Positions 12,094 through 24,617 of a stretch of DNA of 64,000 nt are shown here, piece by piece. Within the stretch, counting starts at the first letter, position 1, and each line of letters starts with the position of its first letter. The notes beneath the pieces are model-generated. The model had not been told where the DNA came from. It did not search any database and was given only the letters and a program-made list of their open reading frames with translations. The position numbers and the translations under genes were made by a program. Origin of the DNA: Eledone cirrhosa (taxonomy: Eukaryota); assembly GCA_964016885.1 (NCBI GenBank), contig OZ024742.1:318122001-318186000 (forward strand), read 5' to 3'.

Positions 12094-14284
12094 ACGCACA
12101 CACATCCGTATGTAACTCTTTAAAATCTACACACATATTCACTCAATGTATTTCCTATATCAGCCATGTTGCGGTAATAAGGAATTCACTATCTAATCAC
12201 AAGGTCCTGGGTTCTAACCATACATTTCTCCTTAAAAATAGTTATTTCTGCAAAGTTACTCATACATTTAATCTTGTATGTCATTTGTACATATATACTG
12301 AACATTTATGTAATTTCATACTAGAAATAAATTATCAAAATATCATTTTTATCTTTAATATCATTCTTATCTGTATGTGTCGATAATCAACTAAAACTAT
12401 ACGGTTTATTGACGGTCCGGACCTACTAGTGTGTGTGTGTGTGTCTGTGTGTGTGTACGGGTCTGTGTCTGTGTCTGTGTATCTGTCTGTGTATGTGATG
12501 TTTTTATAGAGATGTTATATATAGCCTATTTGCAAGCATTAAAAAAAAGGTAGTAAACTTAACAATAGATAAGGCCTTAAGGCTAGCAGTTTATGGACCT
12601 GCATCAGACGTCTTGTTGTGTTTTTAGATAAGACATGTTCCCTTCCGTACCTCAGCTTCCATGGCTACTGTGAATAGATTACAGATCTTTACAGATCTTA
12701 TGTAGAAACGTTATCTTCGATAGATTAACATCTGATTAAGATAGATTCGTTTCTTATCCGCTTAACAGAACAAAAAGAAAAATTAAGTACCAGTACTTAT
12801 AGTACTATAGATAGATGGGGTTCATTAAGTGTGACTCAATCAACTGTGTCAGATCGCGCTCAACAACATACTGACTAAGTCACCAAATGTTTTGAAGTCA
12901 TTGTAAAACTGGGAACTAAGAAGTTCAAATCCCGCCGAGGTCAACTCTGCTTTTCATCCTTTTGTGACCGATAGAATAAAGTATCAGTTCAGTACTGGAG
13001 CCGATATAATCGACTTTCCTTTTTCCACCAAATTGCTAGCTTTGTGCCAATGTTAGAAAAAATTATATTTTCAGTCATCTTATTTTTTATTACGTGCAAA
13101 CCAGTTACTAGCAAACCAGTCATACCCGACCCCCTTTACCACTTAGAGTAACACTAGTAACACTAACATCTTTTAAATCACCAATACATTTATAGACGTC
13201 GCAACGCCCGTTCTGTAGGAAGTCGTTTGAATTGTTTAACTATTAATGGATATATTTGAAAGTCAGTTGTTTCATTTCCCTGGGGGTCTGTAGAGGTATG
13301 ACAGGGGTTCCATGAGAGAATGGAGAGGGATGAGCACCCCCAGGTTTAAATGCGTATATCACTACGGCAACCCTAAAAATCAATTAGAAGTTAAGGACAC
13401 ATATTTTTGTTGAACATTTTAAGTACTTAAAAAAAAAGACATTATATACATAGGACACAGGGTATCCTCCCACCTTCTCTAATTATAGAAATTTCTCTCT
13501 TTCGATTGTTATTCTCCTTGTATAATTATCTAGGAAGAGAGTAATTACTGGAAAGGGTTCCGTGGTACCCTAACAACCTGATGGTTTACAGGAACCCTAT
13601 CCGTCCAAAGCAGTGACTGCTTTACAACATTCCTTCTGGTTCTCTGAGTTCAAATCCCGCCAAGGTCAACTTTGCTTTTCCTCATTTCGAGATCGATAAA
13701 TAAATGCCAGTCCAGTACTGGAATCGATTCTTCACCTATATCTTTTTTATCACCCCCTCTCTCTCACCATGTCTCTTTCTCTGGAAGAAATCAGCTGTTT
13801 TCAGACATTGAGAGGGATGAGAACCTCCAGGTTTAAATGCGTATATCACTACAGCACCTCTAAAACACAATTAGGAGTTAGGGAGACATATCAAGTAAGC
13901 TAGTCAACCTTCAACAGATGAATATGTAGAATATGATTGTCTAAAAAGTAAGAACGATTTCAACTAATCAATACCACCGCAAACATTTATTCTGATAAGC
14001 AAGTTAATTCAAGAATATGCTTCCGTTTTCTTTACTTTTAACAGAGATCTGTACGTTCCAAGCAATTTATTTCCCAAATTTATTACCCTGTAGGTAGAAC
14101 TGTAAATGCTTCCTTTGATCGTTGCTAGTGAATTCTTAAGATAAAATCATCAAGATTTCATGTTGAAAGAAAAATGAAAAAGAAAGAAAGATTATATTGC
14201 AAATTTTATCCTTTGATTAATTCCATAACTCTGGAAGGAATCGTCGAGTCGCTACATTTGTAAATCTTGGGAAATCAAACTCCA

Positions 14285-14592
14285 AACCACCACCACGGTC
14301 ATCATCATCATCATCGTCATCACAATTATTACCACCATCGCCGCCGCCACTACCTCCACTTCCTCTAATACTACTAACATTGACTCCACCACAGCCACCA
14401 CCGTCACCACCACCACCATCACCACAGCCACCACCACCATCATCATCATCCCCACCACCGCCGCCATCATCATCATCCCCACAACCATTACCCCCATCGC
14501 CGCCTCCACTACCTCCACTTCCTCTAACACTACTACTATTGACACCACCACCACCACCACCGTCACCACCACCACCACCACCACCACCACCA
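14285..14592. repeat. (ACC/ATC)n cryptic microsatellite with internal duplication, intronic
   Basis: Directly visible low-complexity sequence. Confidence 0.9.
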
Positions 14593-15394
14593 CTTATTTC
14601 TATTGCTGTCATTGTATAGTGGAGTAGAGTTCTGTGTCTGTGATGTGCAGTGTTTGTCATCTATTGTATTGACATTACTCAACAGAAAATACATGCAATA
14701 CATATTAATGGTATTTTCTATATGTTGTGAATATGTGTTAGTACTGGGAGACGGTGGTGTGGGGGGTGTCTAGATATATACTTATCTACATTTTTTATTT
14801 ATTTATTACCACGAGACCTTTATTATGGAGATTGTTAAGACGCGAATTTGTTTTGTTTTTTAATTAAATAAAGATTCGAGTATAATTTTTCCATTTTCAG
14901 AAATGAAACATTTTTGAATATTTATATCTGCATTACGTTTCGATCAGAGGCGGTTGATTTGGCAGATATTTGTTCCGGGTCTTTGTGTTCTGAGTTCAAA
15001 TCCCACCGACGTCTCCTTTGATCTTCATCTTTTTTTTCTGGATCAATAAAGAAAATGCTAGTTGTCATACATTTGATGTTCTGCTGGATCAAAGAAGAAA
15101 GAGTCAAGAGAGTGTCTGTGACTGCTCGCTACAGCATAGACACAAAAAAAACAAAAACCTTGTATATACTACCAAGTCAAACTCAATTGCGATTGGCGGC
15201 TGTAGTAGTAATTTTTTTAATGTTTTAATCAATGTTATTTCACATCATTGTCAGGGGTCTTATTACTGAATATGTATATAGTATTGGTATGGATTCGGAT
15301 TAGAAACTTTATGCATGTGGCATAGTGTTTAAGATTGCTACTAGGCTTAGTTCAACATAGATGTTTCTAGTAACTAATCCAAATCTAGTCCAGT

Positions 15395-15716
15395 TCCATG
15401 TGTGAATGTTGGACATTCGTTGATTACCATGAAATGTTCTAGTTGATTCGATCAACGGGACAGTCTGTTCGTGAAATGAATGCGTAAGTGGCTGAGCATT
15501 CCACAGATACGTGTACACATAACGTAGTTCTTAGAGAGATTCAGCGTGACACAGCGTTTGAAAAGGCTGGCTCATCATATTTTTGCCATCTGGATGGACT
15601 GGAACAACATGAAATAAAATGTCTTGCTCAAGGACACAACGTGCCACCGGGAATTGAATTCACAACTTTACGATCGTGAACCGAACACTGTAATCACTAA
15701 GCCACGCATCTTCACT
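15395..15716 (-). mobile_element. tRNA-derived SINE, family B
   Basis: Reverse strand head GATGCGTGGCTTAGTG...AATTCAATTCCCGG, then GTGTCCTTGAGCAAGACA core. Relatives at 9849, 17275, 32280-32548 and 59515-59741. Confidence 0.7.
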
Positions 15717-15959
15717 CTAGTACCATGAACAAATCTAAGAATAAGGCACCCGATGACGATTGGAGATCAGACCACTTGAAATGTAATGTAGATGTATATG
15801 TTAAAAAAGTCCCTTTTTAAAGATCGGATGAAGCTAATAACCATTCACACATTAAAAAACGATAATTGTTAAAAACAATGTTTAATACAAATTTATAACA
15901 TGCTTTTAAATATTAATTTTTATACTTTATATGTGGATCTTCTATTTTTTGTTTTTCAG

Positions 15960-16243
15960 GAAACACCTACATTATTCCTGGAAGTATTGCTCGAAAGCTG
16001 TTCATGGCATCCAAGTACCATGTGTATCTGCACGTAGAAGACGCCTTTATAACCGGGGTGTTGGCGCAATCAATTGGTGCAAGTCATTTTGACATACCTG
16101 GTTTCACCTTTCAAGCTGACGAAGTACCGGTGGCGTGTGATTTCATCATGGACTTAAAAATATCGGGGACAAAAGTCAACATGGGACTAATAAGACACAT
16201 ATGGTCCGAAATAAAGAAACGGAGAGACTGTGAAGAAGAGTAA
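15960..16243 (+). CDS. GT31 beta-1,3-galactosyltransferase-like protein, terminal coding exon
   Basis: Acceptor ttttgtttttcag at 15959. Splices in frame to give YPPYAAG-NTYII; contains EDAFITG; stop TAA 16241-16243. Confidence 0.93.
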
Positions 16244-16503
16244 TTACTTCACACATAGACACACACACAAACACAAACACAGACACACACACAAACACAG
16301 GCACACACAGACACATGCACACACAAACACACACACACACATACACATATATGTGTGTATATGTATATACATGTGTTGAGTGTATGTATCTGATTAGGTG
16401 TGTGTGTCTTTGACGAATCTAAAATTCTCTGATCTCATAAAAGAACAGAAAGATATTAGACGAAATTTGAAGTGAAAAAGAGATACAATGATTGAAGGGT
16501 GTA

Positions 16504-16556
16504 AATAAAATGTAACATTTGAAATAAAATTTCTGATTTCAAGATTCAAAAATAAA
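16504..16556 (+). promoter_or_regulatory. Candidate polyadenylation signals of the GT31 gene
   Basis: Three AATAAA hexamers ~260-310 nt after the stop codon. Confidence 0.45.
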
Positions 16557-16602
16557 ATCTTCCTTCTATACGTGACAACGCTTTATTATTTATATACATA
16601 GT

Positions 16603-16980
16603 AGGGCAGCGGATTGGCAGTATAGGTAGAGCGTCGGACAACATGCTTCGTGGCATAGAGTTACGGGCCTTCACGTTCTGTGTTCAAATCCCGCTGAGGT
16701 TAGCTTTGCCTTCCATCCTCACGGGCTCGATAAAATAAAGTACCAGTAATGCACTGGGATCGATTTAATCGATTTTCCTTTCCCCAAAAAATGACTGGCC
16801 TTGTGCCTAAAGTAGAGACAAAAGGGTCTGACGCCATGCTTTGCAGCAAAGAGTTACGACCCTTTATGGTCTGAGTTCGAATCCCACCGAGCTTGACTTT
16901 GCCTGTCATCCTTACGGGGTCGATAAAGTAATACACTGGGATAATTGCTGGCCTTGTGCCAAAAGAAGAAACAATTATTT
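16603..16980 (+). mobile_element. Two SINE family A copies in tandem
   Basis: A full copy followed directly by a 5'-truncated copy. Confidence 0.8.
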
Positions 16981-17399
16981 ATATACATAGTGCCAGTTTC
17001 CTCAAACGAGAGACACTGCCAATTGAAATGGTACCAGAATATTATTTTAATTATTTCGGTAAGTATGAGGGACAACTCTAGACATGTTTCGATCTTATTA
17101 GATTTCCTCACCTTAACGTCTCCGCTGTACATGCAGAAATAGTGATTATATTGTACACTCGATGGCGTAGAAAATTAAACTATTTTGGTGTTTAACGTAC
17201 TCAGAGACATCTAAAAACATAACCTTATCTCCACTCGAAAGTAATCATGTTATATACCGACATATAACGATCCGGAGATGCGTGGCCTAGTTGTAACTGC
17301 GTTCGACTTACGATCATAACTTCGTGAGTTCGGTTCATGGACTGGGTCTGTTTGTCGTTTTCTTGTGCAAAACAATAGGTTTTACTCATTTACTATGTG

Positions 17400-18850
17400 A
17401 ATAGAATAACATGCTGTTAGATGTATATTATTATAGGAAGTAACAATTGTCTGTAAATGTTTTAAACTTTTGGTTTGTATGTAGTTTAGGTCTTGTAGGT
17501 CGTAACCATGGGCCTGTGTTTCAGGTCTTGTAGGTCGTAACCATGGGCCTGTGCTTCAGGTGTTGTAGGTCGTAACCATGGGCCTGTGGTTTAGGTCTTG
17601 TAGGTTGTAACTAGGAATATTATGGGCCTGTAGTTCAGGTCTTGTAGGTAAAAACAAGGCATATTATTGACCTGCAGCTTTTGTGTCATTATTCTTGGGG
17701 ACTATGATGGTTCGTTTCCCCTTTAGTGAACCAATTAGGGGGTTATTTCTAGCTCCGACAGCAACCCATGAAACATTTCTGTAAGTACTCATTGTAAATA
17801 TCTTGTAAGAGCCTTGTAAGTACCTTGTTAAATGTTTCAGCCAGCAGTTTGGACTCTTGTCATGTCTTAGTGCTTCAAGCTGCTTAATTTTTTGTTTTTG
17901 TTTTCTTGTTGGTGTTGTATGTTCAGAGTATTAGACACTTCTTCTGTTGCGATGTCTACGATGTCTTCCCACAATTGTTCAGGGGCTGTGTTCATTGTTC
18001 TAACCAGTGCTATACGTAGTGATTCCCCAGCTGTCCCTACTCTTCCCCCAAAACTGTTTCACATCTTTCATATTTGGTATTATATTGATTTCTGTTATAT
18101 TTCTACCAAGTTCCTGGAAAATTAATTTGGGGATGGAGTGAAACTGCTGGTTTTGTTCAAAGAACCGTCAGTGTTTTTCATATCAGCGAATTATTTGTGC
18201 TGTAGCCAGTATTTGTTATTTTGGGCGATCCCTGGTTTTATTAATTTCTTTTTCTCTTATATAATTTTTGATATGTTTATTTCCTTCCTTTTTACCAGTC
18301 ATATTGTTTTCTTTTGTTTCATCTAAGATTGAGATGTCTTTTCTCTTATTTCCTATCATTTTTTAATGTTTCTTTTCCGTGTTTGTGAGGATTTCATTAT
18401 TATTTTTGTTTGTGTAAATCTAAGGGTGTGCCCACGTTCTTTCATAACTATAATGGATGATGTGTTTATTATGTCATTTAGCATTGTGGTACTAATATTT
18501 CTATTTTTATTAAGTCTATGATGGCCAGATTGGCGTATTTGTTATCGTTGTTGTTGTTTTATCCTGTTGTGGTCATAAACCCCCATCTTTAGAATTTATT
18601 TTCCTTAATGTTCCTTATATTCTCTTTCATCTGTATTTTTCTTAGTGTTGATCTCGATCGGTTTTCTTGGTCAGTATTCTGTATTTCTTTTAGGGTTTGA
18701 GCTTATTGTTTTGTAATTTATTCTGTTTTGGATATGTTAGTTCTATCTTTATATAGAATATATTTATATTTTTGTTAGTTGCTTGTCTTCTCTATTTGTG
18801 TTTTCGCGACGTATTTGTCTCTCATTTTTGTCTTCATTTTTAGTATCTCC
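17400..18850 (-). pseudogene. Decayed non-LTR retrotransposon (R4/Dong-like RT N-terminal region)
   Basis: Broken reverse-strand translations RFFEQNQQF, PNWFTKGKRTIIVPKNNDTK and NYRPIIFLVTTYKT; many stops and frameshifts. Confidence 0.55.
17487..17650. repeat. 35-bp minisatellite, ~4.5 copies
   Basis: AGGTCTTGTAGGTCGTAACCATGGGCCTGTGTTTC repeated. Confidence 0.9.
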
Positions 18851-19961
18851 TTGTGCACACTAATAATAATTTTCCCCCTTATGTAAGGTTTCTCTATTAA
18901 TCGGTTGCTAGGTTAATTGGCCCTCAGATCAGTCCCTGATCTCAGAGATTCAATATATCACGTAGCATTCTGACAGTGCTAGTGACTGTAGAAATTTGGA
19001 TACTGCCTAAGAAGTCGGAGATCCCAAGGCTTTTGATGAAAGACGTAAGGCGTTTAGGGACGTGCTTAGCGCCCCGATGACGATGTCTCGACTTCTGTCT
19101 CTACATGATGCTCAGTTCTAATAGCGCCTGCTAGATATGCTTACTTATTGATCTTTTCCATTTCCTTTTCAGCCACATTGTGGTTTTGAGGGATCACAAT
19201 ATCAATTGGAGTCCATATTTGGGGGGGTTACAACAATATCAGGGCAGGTGTGTTGGACTTTGTTTGTTGCCTTGATCTCAAGGTCCCAAAATAACTCTGC
19301 TCCCTCACCTAAAAGGCAAGATTCAAAAGGAGTATATTTGTACCACCGAGAGAGTGTTAATACTACTACTACTAAAAATAATAATAATAAACAAGTTTTT
19401 AAGTGCTTTGTTAAAGCTTATAGAACCCTTTAGTTAATAGTGTGTTTTCTCAGGGTTGCTTTAAAGGTTTACAAAAGTTACAAACATCCGCCAAGTGTTG
19501 AAAATTGAAACTTTAAATATGATTTTCTACACAGTGAATAACACGAAGAGTTTGAAATAGAAAACCTATAAAATAGATGAGAAGAGAAAGAGTAATAGTA
19601 TATATAGAGTAAAAGATAGGAAGTGGGGAAGATATTTGACAAAATAATGTAGCTTTTTTTACTTTTTGCAATTCAGAGACGCCATCATCTTTTCTTCCTT
19701 TTTTAATTCAGAGACGCTATCCACCGTTAAAATGCTTAATATTGCTATTCCTTCACCGTATAATTACTTTCTTTAATGCCTCTTTTATTAAATGTTTTAA
19801 CACCAACTTAACCACTGTTCTTTCATTGTTTGCATGTAAGATGATATGACTATGTTTTTCATGTTTACAGCAAATTTCATGAACGTGAGGTCAAAATATG
19901 AAGCGTTAATATTAACAAGAGAAAGTACTTTTTGACATAGCAAAGCAATGATTGTGCCTTT

Positions 19962-20083
19962 AGCTCAAATAATATATGCTTGGCTCAAATAATATATGTT
20001 TGCCTCAAATAACATATGTTTGCCTCAAATAATATATGGTTGGCTCAAATAACATATGGTTGGCTCAAATAATATGTTTGTCT
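19962..20083. repeat. 20-bp minisatellite, ~6 copies
   Basis: TGGCTCAAATAATATATGTT repeated. Confidence 0.9.
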
Positions 20084-20373
20084 CCATGTGTGAACAGTTT
20101 CGTTGCGCTGAGTGACCGAGAGAGACATTTTCCTTCTGGCTGAGACAATAGTCAAAGGCAGGAGATATTCTCAAAAGATATTCTCAAAATATTCCAGAGA
20201 GCTAATTGAACTGAGGGAGCAACACTTCTGTCTGGCGTTTGGAATCTAGTTAGATACCTTTTTCATTCCCCCATTTCACCATTACAATGCAACAGGGACG
20301 TTTTATTTATTTATTTTTTTACAGTATATGGAAGGGATATATTAGGTTAACGCTTGATATAGCAGGAAGAGGG

Positions 20374-20409
20374 TCTTAACGTTTCGGACGTTAGTCCTTC
20401 ATCAGAAGA
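20374..20409 (-). ncRNA. Minimal type-I hammerhead ribozyme (PLE-type)
   Basis: Reverse strand: TCTT-CTGATGA-A-GGAC-taac-GTCC-GAA-ACGT-T-AAGA. Stem I 4 bp, stem II 4 bp, palindromic stem III. Confidence 0.75.
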
Positions 20410-20839
20410 AAGAATGAGAAATAAGACAGATCAAGGGGATGGGCGGGTTGGAATTGGAAAAAAATGTCTTTAGATAAAAATAACAGGTCCACAAAATTTC
20501 GCCATGGAAGAAAGAGCAACATTAAATAAGTATTTTGCTGAAAAACACAACGCACCGCCCAATCCAGAAACCGAAACGCTCATGTGTCCAGCACCCTAAC
20601 CACTATACCATTCATCTTGAAATTAAACTCAGAAAAATATAAATGGCAGTTCTTTTTCTAAGGAAAGTAAGGCGAAAAAATAAATCGATAAAAAATAGAA
20701 ATGACTTTCAGTTCGCTACATTGAATATGTTAGCTCGCACTTAACTATGTGTTCTTTATGCAGAATGATATTATTTTAAATTGCTTCACCAGTAAATTAT
20801 CTTCACAATAAAAAATAAGTAAATAGACAAATAAATAAA

Positions 20840-21267
20840 TCCTGATAAAAGCCGACCTTACCCAATTACACCTCTCAAAGGCGATGACACACGACCGTGA
20901 CCTCTGGCGTCACGCAGTAATACAGAGTACCCGACCTCCCATGGGTACAAGCCGAAGCTGAAGCATATAGACAATATGCCCCCACACTCTCCCACTGCAC
21001 AGTGGTCTGGGAGGTGTCACAACAAAAAAGCACCCAGCCCACACTATAAAGTGGACGTGTAGGCGCCACGGAAAAAAGCACCCAGCACTCACTGTAAATG
21101 AGGTTGGTGTTAGGAAGGGCATCCAGCTGTAGAAATCAAGCCAAAATCAGTTCCTGTATGAACAAGACAAGGTCAGCCGACCGGACACTGACCACAACAG
21201 GACAACCCGTCTAACCCATGCTAGCGTGGAAGAACGGACGTAAAACGGTGATGATGATGATGATGAT
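20840..21267 (+). mobile_element. 3' end of an RTE-type LINE with (GAT)n tail
   Basis: Translates DLTQLHLSKAMTHDRDLWRHAV (DRxxWR C-terminal motif), then a 3' UTR with GTTAGGAAGGGCATCCAGC and a GAT tail. Paralogues at 56190-56696 and 28530-28600. Confidence 0.65.
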
Positions 21268-22009
21268 CCTCTCAAAGTCGTTTTACAATCTAGTGAGTAT
21301 GTGTTGGATGATATTTTGATGAAGAAGTGGAAGAAAACCCAGACATGCCTAGTGCTAACACTGTATTTTTTTTTAAAAGGTCATACTCACTTTTCAGTCT
21401 GTCTCCATTTGATTCCTAAATTATTTAATTTTCGGAATTTGCATATTAGAAAGGAAAGAAAGATTTGTTATTTCGAAATGGTTAAATAAATGCAGTCAAG
21501 CATGACGAAAAACATAGATGTTCAAGGAAGCCGGAAAAGAAAACTGGGTTAATAACGAAAGCTTACAAAAGCCATTTAATGTAGATTTGATTGAAGTAGA
21601 CTTCCGTCAATAGTTGGAGAAATTTGAAGAACTAGAATTTTTTTCAACACGCTGACGCGTATGTGTATATGTGTCTGCGTGTGCATACATTTATATGTAT
21701 GAGTATATGAATATAAACGTGCAAATACAGATACACTTACAAAAGTACACAAACACACATACATTTCACACAAATACACATACATTCACACAAACACACA
21801 CATATACATTTACACAAACATACACATACACTCGCACACAACGGAGCAAATGGAACACCAGTCGCTGTTTTGCCATAGTTTTTTCACCATTCCCTTCCTT
21901 CCTTTTACACACACAAACATTCACACAAACACATTGTGTGACGGACGAAAGTCGCTCAAATTCATATATAGATTTGTTTTCATCGAGAGTTTTTATTTAG
22001 CCCAAGGTT

Positions 22010-22226
22010 TAGGGCAGTGGATTGGCAGTATCGGTAGAGCATCGGATACCTCCTTTGTGGCATACAGTTACGGCCCTTTACGGTCTGAGTTCAAACCTGC
22101 CGAGGTTAGCTTTGTCTTTCATTCTTACGGGGTCGATAAAATAAAGTACCAGTCACGCACTGTGGTCGATTTAATCGACTTTCCCCTCCCCAAAATTGCT
22201 AGCCTTGTGCCTAAATCAGAAACCAT
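22010..22226 (+). mobile_element. SINE family A, full length
   Basis: Consensus match; imperfect TSD tat(t/c)tagcccaa(g/a)gtt. Confidence 0.85.
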
Positions 22227-22347
22227 TATCTAGCCCAAAGTTAATTCCTGATTGAACACACATATGATCAAAAGCATTCCAGTCATGACCATCCAGTCTT
22301 TTTAGGGGAAACTGGCACTACATTATACAACGTGTGCTTTTTAAAGA

Positions 22348-22495
22348 TAATTGTTTCTACTTTGGGCGCAAGGCCACCAATTACCCCAGTGCATTACTGG
22401 TACTTTATTTTATCGAACCCGTAAGGATGAAAGGCAAAGTTAACCTCAGCAGGATTTGAACTCAGACCGTAGAGGGCCGTAACTCTATGCTGCTA
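22348..22495 (-). mobile_element. SINE family A, truncated
   Basis: Consensus match in reverse complement. Confidence 0.8.
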
Positions 22496-22794
22496 TGTAG
22501 AGGTTCTCTGGCTCGTTTAGAGTTGAATTAAACAATTCGAATGGTTATGTGAAGAGCAAGAAAGACATCATAACTTCACTGTTTACTTGAAATATGAGCC
22601 GTGTGTGTGCGTGTGCGTGAGTGTGCGTGTGCGTGAGTGAACACACGCACACAGCTAAACTCATGTTACTAAACTTGAGATGGTAAACCGAAAATAACTT
22701 TTAATTAATTAAAATTACAAACGTTAGAAAAAAGTCAAGAGGGTAAATAAAAATATATTTTCAGATGGAAAATTACCAAAAATTATATTTAATT

Positions 22795-23120
22795 ATATAC
22801 ATTCACATCTAGAATAAGGAGTAGACATTGCAATAGGTTCAAAGGCCCTTAACTCTTCAACAATCTGCCAAGAAATCTGAGAGATTTGCATGGTGTGAAC
22901 GTGAATGTTTTCAAGAAAGATTTTGACACTCTGCTCTTCGGATCCCAGATGAGTCCACAGCACAGAACGAAAGTAACCTAAGGGCAGCAGCAACGAACTC
23001 CCTCTTACACCAAAAGCCATGCAACACAGGCTGGATATAGAACGTGTAGCAACAAGGGCGGTCCCCCAGCATGGCCTCAGCCAGATGGCTGGAACAGGTA
23101 AAAGAGTAACAGAGTATTTA
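22795..23120 (+). pseudogene. Decayed 3' end of a CR1/L2-group LINE
   Basis: Broken translation LFNNLPRNLRDLHGVNVNVFKKDFD...IPDE...RAAATNSLLHQK. Confidence 0.55.
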
Positions 23121-24213
23121 AATGCAGTTAGTGGTAACAACCTCGGACAAGTTTCACTTTCATTGGATTTCCTCAGCGAAGCATAGACAACACCTTGGAT
23201 GTTACTTAGCTATAGTCTGTTTACAGTCACACTGTTCTGTCAAAAGAAATATTTAGTATGATTATATCGGATGAGGGGTGTTATGTTACTGTTTGGAAAC
23301 CCCGGGATTAATACACTGGAAAAGCATGGTTAAGAGCCACACGGTGATGTCACACTACCGTACACACTGTAACTCTGTAATACTACCAATCAAGCATGTT
23401 GTAGAGGGGACTTAACGACTCAAAGGTGAGTAAAACATAGGAATGGACCTCTGTCGGTTTCAATGATGAGTGTTCCTCCTGTTGTTCGATCAACGGAACA
23501 CCCTGTTCATAATATCGGTTTTGTTTATGGGATATAAATGTCCCTGCAAAAGAGATGTTTTTCTCACAAGTACGTCGATCTGAAATTTGTTGCTAAGTTG
23601 TAGTTGGTATAGAACTAGTCGGTCAAGTACCAATTAATCTATCAACAAGGAAGGGGGTAGTCTATTACCATGTTCCTCGATGACAAAGGATTCTTACTGA
23701 ATCTCTCAGGTTTGTTTAATCTATGGGTTTACATACTTTTTTAGTGTTTGTGGAGTTGTATTGTTTTACATGGTCGAATAGTTAAGGAGTTCGATCCCAA
23801 TGTGTGACACTTTGGGCAAGTGTCAGTTACCTTAGCTTCAAGTCGACCCAGCCTTGTGAGTGAAACCAGGTTGACAGAAACTGTTTGGAATCCCGTCGGA
23901 TGGACTGTACCTATAATTGAAATATATGTATCTACATTCATATGGACAGTTGCATCCTATTTATCATTAAATCAATTTGAAACGTCATTAATATTAGTAG
24001 ATACACGATTTCAAACTCAAGTGTAAACTTGAGCTCATCTAGTTTTTCATTTAATGTAAAGCTGACGGAAGGCGGTGAACTGTCAGAACCATTAGGTCGG
24101 ATTAAAAGTACCTTATTCCTGCTCTTTGTGATCTGAGTTCAATTGATTGAAACCAGAACATACAGGAAATGTATATTTCAAGGAATTTTAATTGAACTGT
24201 CATTTTTTCCTAA

Positions 24214-24304
<91 letters not shown>

Positions 24305-24568
24305 GAAAATAGAGAAATTAATGTGAGCAAGAAGCCATCAGTAATTCATACATATAAGTGGCTATTACGTCAAGATGGAAAATATTTAACGTAAGATATG
24401 GGAAAATAATTCAATCTCAATTCAAAAAAAGTCAAGACAGAAATTTTATCCACAGATTTTGTGTAATCCAGGGAAAAACCAATAGAGTCTTAACTCAGAA
24501 TAAAATTAAGAGTAAATACTTATCCTTCAATTTGGAAAAATCTACAAATGCTCTATATAGTCTTAAAA

Positions 24569-24611
<43 letters not shown>

Positions 24612-24617
<6 letters not shown>

